A program made the position numbers and the translations under genes. A stretch of 58,195 nucleotides of DNA. Origin: a bacterium UBP8_UBA817 (GTDB lineage: Bacteria; Margulisbacteria; Marinamargulisbacteria; UBA817). Numbering within the stretch: the first letter of the stretch is position 1; every line of letters begins with the position of its first letter. The stretch is from contig DBHX01000046.1 of assembly GCA_002296285.1 (NCBI GenBank), positions 14,117 to 72,311 on the forward strand. Reading direction: 5' to 3'. Below are positions 19,574 to 32,080 of the stretch, in pieces. The notes beneath the pieces are model-generated. The model had not been told where the DNA came from and did no database searches. It saw only the letters and a program-made list of their open reading frames with translations.

Positions 19574-20793
19574 CCCAGCGCCTTTCCAACCTCAACGGCA
19601 GCGGATATGCCGTCCTCATGAAACCCATGCCCAAAGTAGCTGCCGCAAAAGTATGTGTTGTTGATGCCATTAAGTTTCGGTAAGTCTCGTTGGGTACTGA
19701 TGGCGGGTTGTGTCATCATGGGGTGCTCATTTAGTGTTGTGTAGAGTTGATTTTTTTTAGGTATGTCATGGGTTGGATTGAGCGTGACAAAGTGATGAGT
19801 ATTGGATGGCAGTGACTGAAGTCGATTCATCCAGTAAGTAGCGCTCATGGTGTTGTCATTTTCTCGAGTGTAAATCCACGATGCCCAGCCGGATTGGTTG
19901 GCGGGTAGCCCCTTGGTTGAGGTATGCAAGGTGGTATGGTTCTTGGAATACTGCCATTTTCCAAGAGTGGATTGCTCAAGCTGAGTTGGTGATTCAATCA
20001 TGTTTAAGGCTTGATCAGCATGGGTGGCAATAACAACCCCATCATACATATCTTGTGCGCCATTTGGTCCATAAAGAATCACATTGTTGGATTCTCTCTT
20101 GATATTATAAATGGGGTGGTTGACAAAATAGTTGAGATTGATTTTTTTGATGAGTGCATCGATGTATTTTTTTGAGCCGCCCGCAATGGTTCGCCATTTT
20201 GGGCGGTCCAATATTTGCAATAAACAATGATTTTCCCAGAATGAAATAAATGATTTTGCAGGAAACTGATATGTATCATTTTGTGAGGTGGACCATATGG
20301 CCGCACCCATAGGAATGACATATTCATCAATGAGTCGTTGACTAAATCCATGTTTTTTTAAAAAATCCAATATCGTCATGGTGTGATCCATATTGCGAAT
20401 CTCAGCTTTTGCTATTTTATTAAACCGTGTGATTTGGTACAAGAAGTGATAAAACGAAGGCGACAATAAATGGCCCCGAGTACTAAATAGACCCGAAGGA
20501 AAATCACTCGAATATCCACGGTTTTTCAATCGATCAAAATAGGCAAAGCTCATATCTGATTCAATGCTTTCGACACCAAGTTGATCAATGAAATTGCAAA
20601 AATTAGGGTAATTCTTTTCGTTAAATACGATGAACCCCGTATCAACCGCCACGTTTTCAGGTGTTAAAACTGTATTTGTATGCCCTCCCAAGGTGCTGTT
20701 TGCTTCATACATTGTGATGTCAAACTTTTGGTTCAATAAATACGCCGCACTAAGGCCAGATATCCCACTTCCTACAATGGCTAATTTTTTCAT
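19561..20793 (-). CDS. FAD-dependent amine-oxidase/phytoene-desaturase-like oxidoreductase
   Basis: The N-terminal dinucleotide-binding motif is KKLAIVGSGISGLSAAYLL. It is 410 aa and overlaps the next gene by 13 nt. Confidence 0.85.
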   Translation of the reverse strand: MKKLAIVGSGISGLSAAYLLNQKFDITMYEANSTLGGHTNTVLTPENVAVDTGFIVFNEKNYPNFCNFIDQLGVESIESDMSFAYFDRLKNRGYSSDFPSGLFSTRGHLLSPSFYHFLYQITRFNKIAKAEIRNMDHTMTILDFLKKHGFSQRLIDEYVIPMGAAIWSTSQNDTYQFPAKSFISFWENHCLLQILDRPKWRTIAGGSKKYIDALIKKINLNYFVNHPIYNIKRESNNVILYGPNGAQDMYDGVVIATHADQALNMIESPTQLEQSTLGKWQYSKNHTTLHTSTKGLPANQSGWASWIYTRENDNTMSATYWMNRLQSLPSNTHHFVTLNPTHDIPKKNQLYTTLNEHPMMTQPAISTQRDLPKLNGINNTYFCGSYFGHGFHEDGISAAVEVGKALGCYL

Positions 20794-20920
20794 AATCTCA
20801 TTATAAAGGGATTTTTTTTAAAAAACTAAAAAAACAAGACGGATGGTAACGCTCGGCGCCCTCATCCAACTCGATTCAGAAAATATCATTATTTTGAATT
20901 CAAACGGATGATAAATCACC

Positions 20921-20949
20921 TTGTTCCACTCCAGGAACTGAGGTAAGAT
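20921..20949 (+). promoter_or_regulatory. Candidate sigma-70 promoter of the peroxiredoxin-SOD operon
   Basis: TTGTTC (20921-20926), a 17-nt spacer, then TAAGAT (20944-20949). SD AAAGGAGG is at 20958-20965 and the ATG at 20972. Confidence 0.35.
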
Positions 20950-20971
20950 AAGTAAAAAAAGGAGGACAAAT

Positions 20972-21577
20972 ATGGGTCTAGTTGGAAAAAAAGCGCCAGA
21001 TTTTACTGCCAGCGCAGTGATTAATGGTAATCAAATTGTCGATGATTTTAAATTATCAAATTTCGAGGGGAAGTATACTGTGCTTTTCTTTTATCCGTTG
21101 GATTTTACATTTGTATGCCCAACAGAATTGCATGCATTTCAAGAAAAATTGGCCACATTTGAAGAAAAAAATACACAAGTCATCGGGTGTTCAGTGGATT
21201 CAAAGCATACCCATTTTGCGTGGTTAAATACCCCCGCAGAGAAAGGTGGCATTCAAGGCATTACTTATCCACTAGTTGCAGATTTAACAAAATCCATTGC
21301 AACAGATTTTGATGTGCTAAAAGAAGACGAGGGGGTTTCTTACCGCGGATTATTTTTAATTGATAAAGAGGGGATTATTCGTCATCAGTTGGTGAATGAT
21401 TTGCCCCTTGGCCGAAATGTTGATGAGGCGCTTCGTTTAGTGGATGCATTGCAGTTTCATGAAGAAAACGGTGACGTATGCCCAGCAAATTGGAATAAAG
21501 GTGACAAAGCGATGACGGCTGATGTTGATGGTGTTCAAGCCTACTTTCAAGACGTCAAAGTATTGGCAAAATCCTAG
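20972..21577 (+). CDS. Typical 2-Cys peroxiredoxin (AhpC/Tsa family)
   Basis: Peroxidatic Cys in FYPLDFTFVCPTE and resolving Cys in GDVCPANW. Confidence 0.93.
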   Translation: MGLVGKKAPDFTASAVINGNQIVDDFKLSNFEGKYTVLFFYPLDFTFVCPTELHAFQEKLATFEEKNTQVIGCSVDSKHTHFAWLNTPAEKGGIQGITYPLVADLTKSIATDFDVLKEDEGVSYRGLFLIDKEGIIRHQLVNDLPLGRNVDEALRLVDALQFHEENGDVCPANWNKGDKAMTADVDGVQAYFQDVKVLAKS

Positions 21578-21601
21578 AAAATGGGAGAAAGGAAAAAAAC
21601 C

Positions 21602-22231
21602 ATGACCGCATTACCTGAATTAGACTATCAATACAATGCATTAGAGCCACATATTGATGCCAAAACAATGGAGATTCATCATTCAAAGCATCATCAAGCT
21701 TACATTTCAAAGTTTGACGCCGCTTTAAAGGGAACCTCTTTTGAGTTGAAAAAAGTATCTGATGTGTTATCGGATATGAGTGTTGTTCCAGATAATATAA
21801 AGGGGGCCGTTAGAAACAATGGGGGCGGTCATTTAAACCATTCATTATTTTGGAAAATCATTGGCCCAAATGCTGGGGGAGACCCATCGGGTGAAATTGG
21901 ACAAAAAATATCTGATACGTTTGGATCATTTGAAGAGTTCAAGACATTATTTGCAAATGAAGCCACCACGCGTTTTGGCAGTGGCTGGGCTTGGTTAGTG
22001 GTTGATGGTAATGGTGAATTAAGTGTTCAATCAACCCCCAATCAAGATTCTCCAGTCATGGAAGGGTTGTTCCCTATTTTAGGATTGGACGTTTGGGAAC
22101 ATGCCTATTATCTAAATTACCAAAATCGACGGCCAGATTACATTGGCGCTTTTTGGAATATTGTAAATTGGAACCGTGTGGCTGAGTTTTATCAGTTGGC
22201 AAAGAAGTCAGATTCAAGCTATCTCGTTTAA
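21602..22231 (+). CDS. Fe/Mn superoxide dismutase
   Basis: [28 protein letters not shown] and [16 protein letters not shown] prefer the start at the internal ATG (MTALPEL). Confidence 0.93.
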   Translation: MTALPELDYQYNALEPHIDAKTMEIHHSKHHQAYISKFDAALKGTSFELKKVSDVLSDMSVVPDNIKGAVRNNGGGHLNHSLFWKIIGPNAGGDPSGEIGQKISDTFGSFEEFKTLFANEATTRFGSGWAWLVVDGNGELSVQSTPNQDSPVMEGLFPILGLDVWEHAYYLNYQNRRPDYIGAFWNIVNWNRVAEFYQLAKKSDSSYLV

Positions 22232-22256
22232 CTATTGATCCATTTGATTAGAACAG

Positions 22257-22286
22257 AAAAGCGCAATATTTTATTGCGCTTTTTTT
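22257..22286. terminator. Bidirectional rho-independent terminator between the convergent SOD and bioB genes
   Basis: AAAAGCGCAAT / ATTGCGCTTTT stem with a 5-nt loop and a T-run at 22280-22286. The A-run on the other side serves the minus strand. Confidence 0.65.
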
Positions 22287-23379
22287 ATGCATTGATGGGG
22301 TAAAGTTCTTCTTTTGTTTTTAATTCAAGTTGACTTGTATTAAATGCATCCAACGCAGCCACTGTTTTCGCTGATTCTTTAAGATTCGATAAGTCGATAT
22401 CTGCATCAACGGTAAACCCAGCCCGTTCAATCATGCCAATGGTGTCGTGAATATCGGATCCCTTGATATTGAGGTAGCCATTCATAAACAGAGAGTTGGC
22501 CGCCATTAATGCCATGGATTGCATATCCCCCAAGTAATATTCACGCCCGGCAGCAAGTCGAATTTCAGCCGTTGGATGGATTGCTCTAAAAAGGCCAACG
22601 ATTTTACAGCATTTTTCAGCCGATACTTTTGGCAGTTTGCCAAGTTTATTCCCTTCCATATGTAAGTAAAAATTAATGGGAATTGACTTTACATTAACTT
22701 CTTTAAGTTTAAATGCAACATCAACAATATCTTTGTCCGACTCGCCCATCCCAACAATCATACCGGAGCAGATATCAATATTATTCGCATTGACATTCGA
22801 CAGTGTATCTAACCGGTCTTTAAATGTGTGGGTGGTGCATATGTTTTCATAATGGGATTCAGAGGTATTTAGATTATGGTTATATCGATCAAGCCCAGAT
22901 TCGGCCAATAACTTTGCATCTTCCTTTGAAATTAAACCAGGAGATAAACAAACTTCAATGGGGTAATTGGCTTTAATCTTTTTAATAACATTGGATAAAA
23001 ACTCAACACGCTTTTTGGATGGGCCACGGCCAGAAAACACCATGCAGTATCGAAAGGCGCCTTTTTTATAAGCATTTTCAGCTTCCTGGAGGATTTGATC
23101 TTCGTCTTTTTTAGTGTATTTTTCTATTGGAACTTTAGAATCTTTTGCTTGCACACAATAATGACAATCTTCGGGGCAATATCCGTTTTGAGAATTATTT
23201 AGAATGTGTATCCTCACATTTTTCTGAAAATACTTCTTTCTTAGGGTATAGGTGGTACTTAATAGTTCCACCATATCCGTTTCATTGGATAGTAGCGAGA
23301 TAGCTTCCGCTTTTGTTAATGGTGTTTCTGCTAAAATTTTTTCAAATAATTTGTTGGAATTCATGTATTTAACATACAT
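22285..23379 (-). CDS. bioB: Biotin synthase-like radical SAM enzyme
   Basis: The CPEDCHYCVQ radical-SAM cluster motif, YNHNLNTS and a BioB-like C-terminal half. An N-terminal extension of about 40 aa is present. Confidence 0.8.
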   Translation of the reverse strand: MYVKYMNSNKLFEKILAETPLTKAEAISLLSNETDMVELLSTTYTLRKKYFQKNVRIHILNNSQNGYCPEDCHYCVQAKDSKVPIEKYTKKDEDQILQEAENAYKKGAFRYCMVFSGRGPSKKRVEFLSNVIKKIKANYPIEVCLSPGLISKEDAKLLAESGLDRYNHNLNTSESHYENICTTHTFKDRLDTLSNVNANNIDICSGMIVGMGESDKDIVDVAFKLKEVNVKSIPINFYLHMEGNKLGKLPKVSAEKCCKIVGLFRAIHPTAEIRLAAGREYYLGDMQSMALMAANSLFMNGYLNIKGSDIHDTIGMIERAGFTVDADIDLSNLKESAKTVAALDAFNTSQLELKTKEELYPINA

Positions 23380-23514
23380 TTTTAACTTAATTTGATCAAT
23401 AATAAATTAAGATGAAAAAAAAAGAATCGTGAAAGTTAAAGATGTGAAGAGACGATATTAATTAACTTGGATGAGTTGATTAAATGAGTTAGAATAAGTG
23501 GGAGAGAAACTAAT

Positions 23515-25341
23515 ATGAAACAACAAGCACATGATTTTCATATTCCAGTAATGGGGACAGCCTTTACGATTGACACGCCATACAAGGTTGCCAGATTTGG
23601 GATATCATCGGTGGTCTCGATTGGTGATGATGAGCTTTGTGAAGCCATGCGAAAGTATTACGCAGAAATGTATCACATTGAGTATGTTCCAATTAACAAA
23701 AAAGACGATGTTGATTACAGAGCCAAGCGTATTACAGCCTATTTGAATTTATTGGATGATTTAATCAATCATCAAGTGCATCAAATGAAAGTAACACCGT
23801 TTACAGATACGTCTGATAATACAAAGTTTTTTGAATTACTTAAAAATGATCACCCAATGAAAGCTGTCTTCAACAGCATGATCGCATCGTCAGGTGATGA
23901 ACGCTTGAGGCTCGAAGCACAATGTAAAGATTATATTGCACCCGGTGCCATTGACGTGAACATCATGACCAAGTTAGACCGCACAAATTATGATAAAAAT
24001 AACGAGCCCTTACCGGATGAGTATTCCGATGCCGTTTCCGCATTGCGTGGGTTTGCAAATTCAAAAATTAACGCAGGCATTGTATTTTCAGCAGGGTTTA
24101 ATCGCCGTTTATTTGCCCATTGCGAGAATGTGGCTGATTTTTATAATCAAGATGGCGAATTTAAAAAGCGTTTGATTTTAAAGGTGTCTGATTACAGGTC
24201 CAGTTTAATTCAAGGACGATTCCTAGCCAAGAAAGGCATTTGGGTCTCTGAGTATCGAATTGAGTCCGGATTAAATTGTGGTGGGCATGCATTTGCAACG
24301 GATGGGTTATTATGTGGGCCCATTATGGAAGAGTTTAAAAAGAACAAGCCAGCATTGGATGATGAGTGTCATGCGATTTGCAATGATGTTCTATCAAAAA
24401 AAGGCAAAGCGAGGATTCCTCATAATGTAACCTCCAAAGTTACGTATCAGGGAGGGATTGGAACAGATTCAGAGCAGCAATTTTTAATGAACTATTACAA
24501 CATTGCCAGTACGGGATGGGCGACGCCATTTTTGTTGGTTCCGGAAGTAACCACACTTGATAATGCCACCCGATTATTGCTTGAAAAAGCAGGAAAGGAT
24601 GACTGCTATTTGAGTGGTGTATCTCCCCTAGGTGTGCCATTTAATACAGTGAAGAATACCGAGAGCGAACATCAAAAGCTCGAACGTGTTGAATCCGGTC
24701 GTCCGGGCAGCCCATGCCCCAAGGGGCATTTGATTTTTGATACTGAGTTTACCAAAAAGCCCATTTGCAAGGCCTCTGTTTTGTATCAAAAGCGTAAAAT
24801 AGAGCAGTTAAAGAAGTTGGACTTGGTATCGGCCGATTATGAAGATACGTTCACTAAAATCATTGATAAAGCATGTTTATGCGAAGATTTAGCCGCACCA
24901 GCACTAGTTGAATATGGGATTGAAAATAATCGCCCCTTAAAGTCAACCGTATGTGCCGGGCCAAATATTGCGTATTACAATAAAATCGTGACCATGAAAG
25001 AAATGATTGATCATATCTATGGTCGCATTAATTTAATTGAAGACGCCAATCGCCCCAGCTTTTTTGTGGCAGAATTGAACATGTACATTCAATATTTAAC
25101 CAATGAGTTAAAATCATTGTCGGAGAAGGTATCTCAAATTGAAATCAAACGATTGAGTGCATTTGCTCAAAACCTTCGTGACGGCATGCAATACTATATT
25201 GATCTAACCAAAGAAAAGTACACAGAAACAGAGCGCTACAAAGAAAAAATGCTGAGTGAATTCAATGATGCCAAACTGCGATTGGATGCATTAATTGAAA
25301 ATAATCCCCAGGTTTTTTCATTGCTCATGCAACTCGCTTAA
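23515..25341 (+). CDS. Conserved-looking hypothetical protein (608 aa), function unknown
   Basis: An SD (GGGAGAG) precedes the ATG. The ORF is long and uninterrupted. The N-terminal IPVMGTAFTIDTPYKVARFGISSVVSIGDD and the central ESGLNCGGHAF look like enzyme-type conserved blocks, but I cannot name the family. Confidence 0.7.
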   Translation: MKQQAHDFHIPVMGTAFTIDTPYKVARFGISSVVSIGDDELCEAMRKYYAEMYHIEYVPINKKDDVDYRAKRITAYLNLLDDLINHQVHQMKVTPFTDTSDNTKFFELLKNDHPMKAVFNSMIASSGDERLRLEAQCKDYIAPGAIDVNIMTKLDRTNYDKNNEPLPDEYSDAVSALRGFANSKINAGIVFSAGFNRRLFAHCENVADFYNQDGEFKKRLILKVSDYRSSLIQGRFLAKKGIWVSEYRIESGLNCGGHAFATDGLLCGPIMEEFKKNKPALDDECHAICNDVLSKKGKARIPHNVTSKVTYQGGIGTDSEQQFLMNYYNIASTGWATPFLLVPEVTTLDNATRLLLEKAGKDDCYLSGVSPLGVPFNTVKNTESEHQKLERVESGRPGSPCPKGHLIFDTEFTKKPICKASVLYQKRKIEQLKKLDLVSADYEDTFTKIIDKACLCEDLAAPALVEYGIENNRPLKSTVCAGPNIAYYNKIVTMKEMIDHIYGRINLIEDANRPSFFVAELNMYIQYLTNELKSLSEKVSQIEIKRLSAFAQNLRDGMQYYIDLTKEKYTETERYKEKMLSEFNDAKLRLDALIENNPQVFSLLMQLA

Positions 25342-25906
25342 AAAAGAATTCATGGAACGACAACGTTCTTGATCCCTTACTTGGGCGGGTGTTTTTTTGA
25401 GATATGGACGCATCTTTTCGATGGGGTTCATGACTTTTATTCGATGTGAGCATCAGCAAATCAGCGGTTGGATGAAATAATCGATCAATTTCAATAACAT
25501 TCAGTGGAAAGGAGTGGAGCGTTTGGTCACTTTTAGCCGCTCACTGGGATTGAAGGCGTCTGACAATAGAAAAATATTTCACGAGTTTGTATTTACTCAC
25601 TGATTGGTTGGGAGGGGGGGCGATTGATGCGTTCTCTTGGCATACCAATAATTAAACGATTGATTCAAAGGCGTTATCAATTTGACCAAAATCGATTGAA
25701 AGTTGGTGGGCACTTCGTTGTTTTGCGGTGAGGCTCCCTGGCATATTACATAGTTTTGTCATTAAAAATAGACGATCAATGTCATCAAGGTTGGATAGAA
25801 GATCGGGACTCCAAGGTAATGGGGAGGGAGTCCTTAGACCATCGCTTATCAGGGGGATCCACACGTCTCATTATTGATGAGTACGTTTCCTAAACGAATC
25901 CATGTA

Positions 25907-26440
25907 TTATTTTTCAGGAGAGGAAAAACTGGCCGGTTGCAATTCTGATAAAAATAGAGGGTGTAAATAGGTGCATTTATCATCTTCTGTTAAAGAAATA
26001 GGAGTGATATTGCGATAAAAATCCTGATATTCTGGCGGGGTAATAGAAGCGTTATAATTGGTGTGTCTTAAATCATGAAGTGTTTGTACAGGGTCAAATA
26101 GATGTTCTTTTGGACTCATCGAAGAACTAAAATCTAATTTCTTTTTAACCTGAAAGAGTTGGTTGCTTTCTGAAATATCTGTTAAATACATTAACACAAT
26201 TAAATACAGTGGCTTAAAAAGCAACGTTGTGTCTAATTCTTTTGGTGCATCTGGGTTAGAGGCCTTATAAACATCAATGAAAATTAGTTTCTCTAATGTA
26301 GTGAGGTTTTTCAGATAACTAATATAGCTACGATTCAAATTATTAATTTTTTCCAAATGATTCTTTACAGGTGTGATGGGGCGATAGGCCGTGGCCTCAC
26401 TCAATACGGTCGGAAAAAGGGATCCCTTCCTCATATCCAT
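25907..26440 (-). CDS. Hypothetical protein (177 aa)
   Basis: Intact ORF directly downstream of the aminotransferase on the same strand. No family recognised. Confidence 0.45.
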   Translation of the reverse strand: MDMRKGSLFPTVLSEATAYRPITPVKNHLEKINNLNRSYISYLKNLTTLEKLIFIDVYKASNPDAPKELDTTLLFKPLYLIVLMYLTDISESNQLFQVKKKLDFSSSMSPKEHLFDPVQTLHDLRHTNYNASITPPEYQDFYRNITPISLTEDDKCTYLHPLFLSELQPASFSSPEK

Positions 26441-26480
26441 GGGGATGTCCCATCTTGAAATGCCGCAAAGGTGCCAGGAA

Positions 26481-30159
<3,679 letters not shown>

Positions 30160-30163
<4 letters not shown>

Positions 30164-30891
30164 TAGCTTTATTTTTTAAAATTTTAAAAAAGTCTCTTGT
30201 GGTCATTAAGCATGAGCCGATTATTTTAATACCCTATTTATTTTTTAATTTAATTTTAACAATTTCTGTACATTCAGTTGATTTCGCTGATCATTCATTT
30301 CTTTTTAATGGGATGGTTCAATGGTTGGTTCCCACGTTACTATTGCAACCATTTATCATGATTACATCCCTAAGCATTATTCGAAAAGAACCCATCAATT
30401 TAAAAACTATATTTAGCAAAGTGAAACGATGCATGACACCATTTTTTATTGTGTCGTTGTATAAGCCTATATTATTATTATCGGCCGTGAAATTTGTGAA
30501 ACGTGTTTCTGAAGAGATGGCGTCATTGTCACATGAAATGCTGATGTGGTTCACCTTAATGATTCTATCAATGATATGTTCAATGATATTCATTTTTTTT
30601 CAGGCATATTTTTTATCAAATGATCGTAAATCGGATACTTTATTAAATCAGTTACAAGCGAGCATGCATGTTTTTTTTCAATTTAAATGGGTCACTATTT
30701 TTTTTGTAATATATTTCTATTTTTTATTATTTTTGGTTCTGTCATTAATAATGGCGGGACTTATTGCACCAATTTTACCAACATATTTATGGCCAATAAT
30801 ATTGGGCTGTATCAATGGGGTCATTGTTACAGTGTTTAACGTATTTATTCTTCGATTATATCTTTATCTAAAGCCAATGAGTGAGCATTAA
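30160..30891 (+). CDS. Hypothetical polytopic membrane protein (243 aa)
   Basis: It has a 4-nt overlap with aroE and six or more hydrophobic segments. No family recognised. Confidence 0.55.
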
Positions 30892-31016
30892 TTTAAGTTA
30901 TAGCTGATTTGAACTTTTTTGTTCACAAATTCCATGATTTTGATTTCTTTGTTAATAATTACTTTTTCGCTCTCAGGATATTTTATTGAAATATCATCGT
31001 CTAACTCTTGGTTCAT
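30888..31016 (-). CDS. Candidate small protein (42 aa, MNQELDDDISIKYPESEKVIINKEIKIMEFVNKKVQISYNLN)
   Basis: Not in the ORF track because it is under 60 aa. AGGAG lies 5 nt upstream of the ATG on the minus strand. Confidence 0.3.
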   Translation of the reverse strand: MNQELDDDISIKYPESEKVIINKEIKIMEFVNKKVQISYNLN

Positions 31017-31229
31017 TCTGACTCCTTAATCTTAGGTTCTTATATTGATATTCCCCATATTTTAAAAAAATAAACATGAAAAGTAATTTGTCATGATTAA
31101 ATGACTGAAATGAGCTTGATTAAAGCCATATTTAACCATAAGTATTTACTTTTTAATCGATGTTCCATATAATCTTTACTTATTAAACATTATTCAATTT
31201 GAATGATTTTACAACTATGAGGTAGAGAC

Positions 31230-31859
31230 ATGGCAACATTAAATGCAAAAGAAAGAAAAGACGCAGGTAAAAGATATGCAAAAGCTGTACGCAATGAAGG
31301 GGCGGTTCCTGCTGTGATTTACGGTCAAAAGAAAGACCCAGTATCCATATCATTAGACCCAGTAGAGTATGTGAAACAACTGAATAACAGTGAATACAGG
31401 AAAAATCTTATTTTTGACTTAACCATTGAAAATGGCAATGTTGAACGGGTGATTACAAAAGAAATAAAAGTAGACCCAATTAATAACCAGTTTATTCACA
31501 TTGATTTTTTAAGAGTGACCGATACGTCTCCGATTCAAATTGATGTTCCCATTCGTATTGAGGGAATTTCTGCCGGTCAACGATTGGGTGGTGTATTGGT
31601 GAAACCCAAAGCAACCGTACGTTTGGAGTGTGTGCCAGATGAAATTCCAGTGGATATTGAAGTAAATGTTACACATCTAACCATTGGTGATAATGTTAGA
31701 ACTCAAGAGCTTTCCCTTAAAGGGTCACAAAAAATAGTTTCAAATCCTCGTGATATTTTAGTCAAGGTAGAGTCCACGAAAGTATCGAAAGTTGCTCAGG
31801 AGCAGGGCGCCGACGAAACTGATGGTGACGATGCATCGCCTGAATCTACGGATCAATAA
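31230..31859 (+). CDS. rplY: 50S ribosomal protein L25 / general stress protein Ctc (long form)
   Basis: AVRNEGAVPAVIYG, the two-domain Ctc-type length (209 aa), an acidic C-terminal tail and SD GAGG upstream. Confidence 0.9.
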   Translation: MATLNAKERKDAGKRYAKAVRNEGAVPAVIYGQKKDPVSISLDPVEYVKQLNNSEYRKNLIFDLTIENGNVERVITKEIKVDPINNQFIHIDFLRVTDTSPIQIDVPIRIEGISAGQRLGGVLVKPKATVRLECVPDEIPVDIEVNVTHLTIGDNVRTQELSLKGSQKIVSNPRDILVKVESTKVSKVAQEQGADETDGDDASPESTDQ

Positions 31860-31889
31860 TCTAATATAATTTATAATTTTTTTTAATAA

Positions 31890-31927
31890 ATAGGGATTTG
31901 TTTTTAAAACAGATTCCTATTTTTTTA
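31890..31927 (+). terminator. Rho-independent terminator of rplY
   Basis: 12-bp stem ATAGGGATTTGT / ACAGATTCCTAT (two G-U pairs), a 7-nt loop, then TTTTTT. Confidence 0.7.
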
Positions 31928-32080
31928 TGTAGGCCCATAGAGTTGCTAGGTGTTATAAAATACGGAGACATAACATCTTTGTTGATGGGACGTATGCATT
32001 TAAATTCGAAGGCTTAGTTTAGATTTGTCTGGGACGCTATACCCCCACCACAAAACAAACATATCATCATTAGTCTTAAT

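Noticed and set aside
20881-20905. AAAATATCATTATTTT and the perfect palindrome TTGAATTCAA upstream of the peroxiredoxin gene, as a PerR/Fur-type operator
   Set aside because: It only partially resembles the 7-1-7 TTATAATnATTATAA box. AT-rich palindromes of this size are expected by chance in AT-rich spacers. It is worth testing only if a PerR/Fur homologue is found.
32015-32050. ..GGGACGCUAUACCCCCACCAC.. downstream of rpoD as a possible tRNA-like end or att site
   Set aside because: No cloverleaf can be drawn, there is no T-loop consensus, and there is no integrase or repeat partner in the window.
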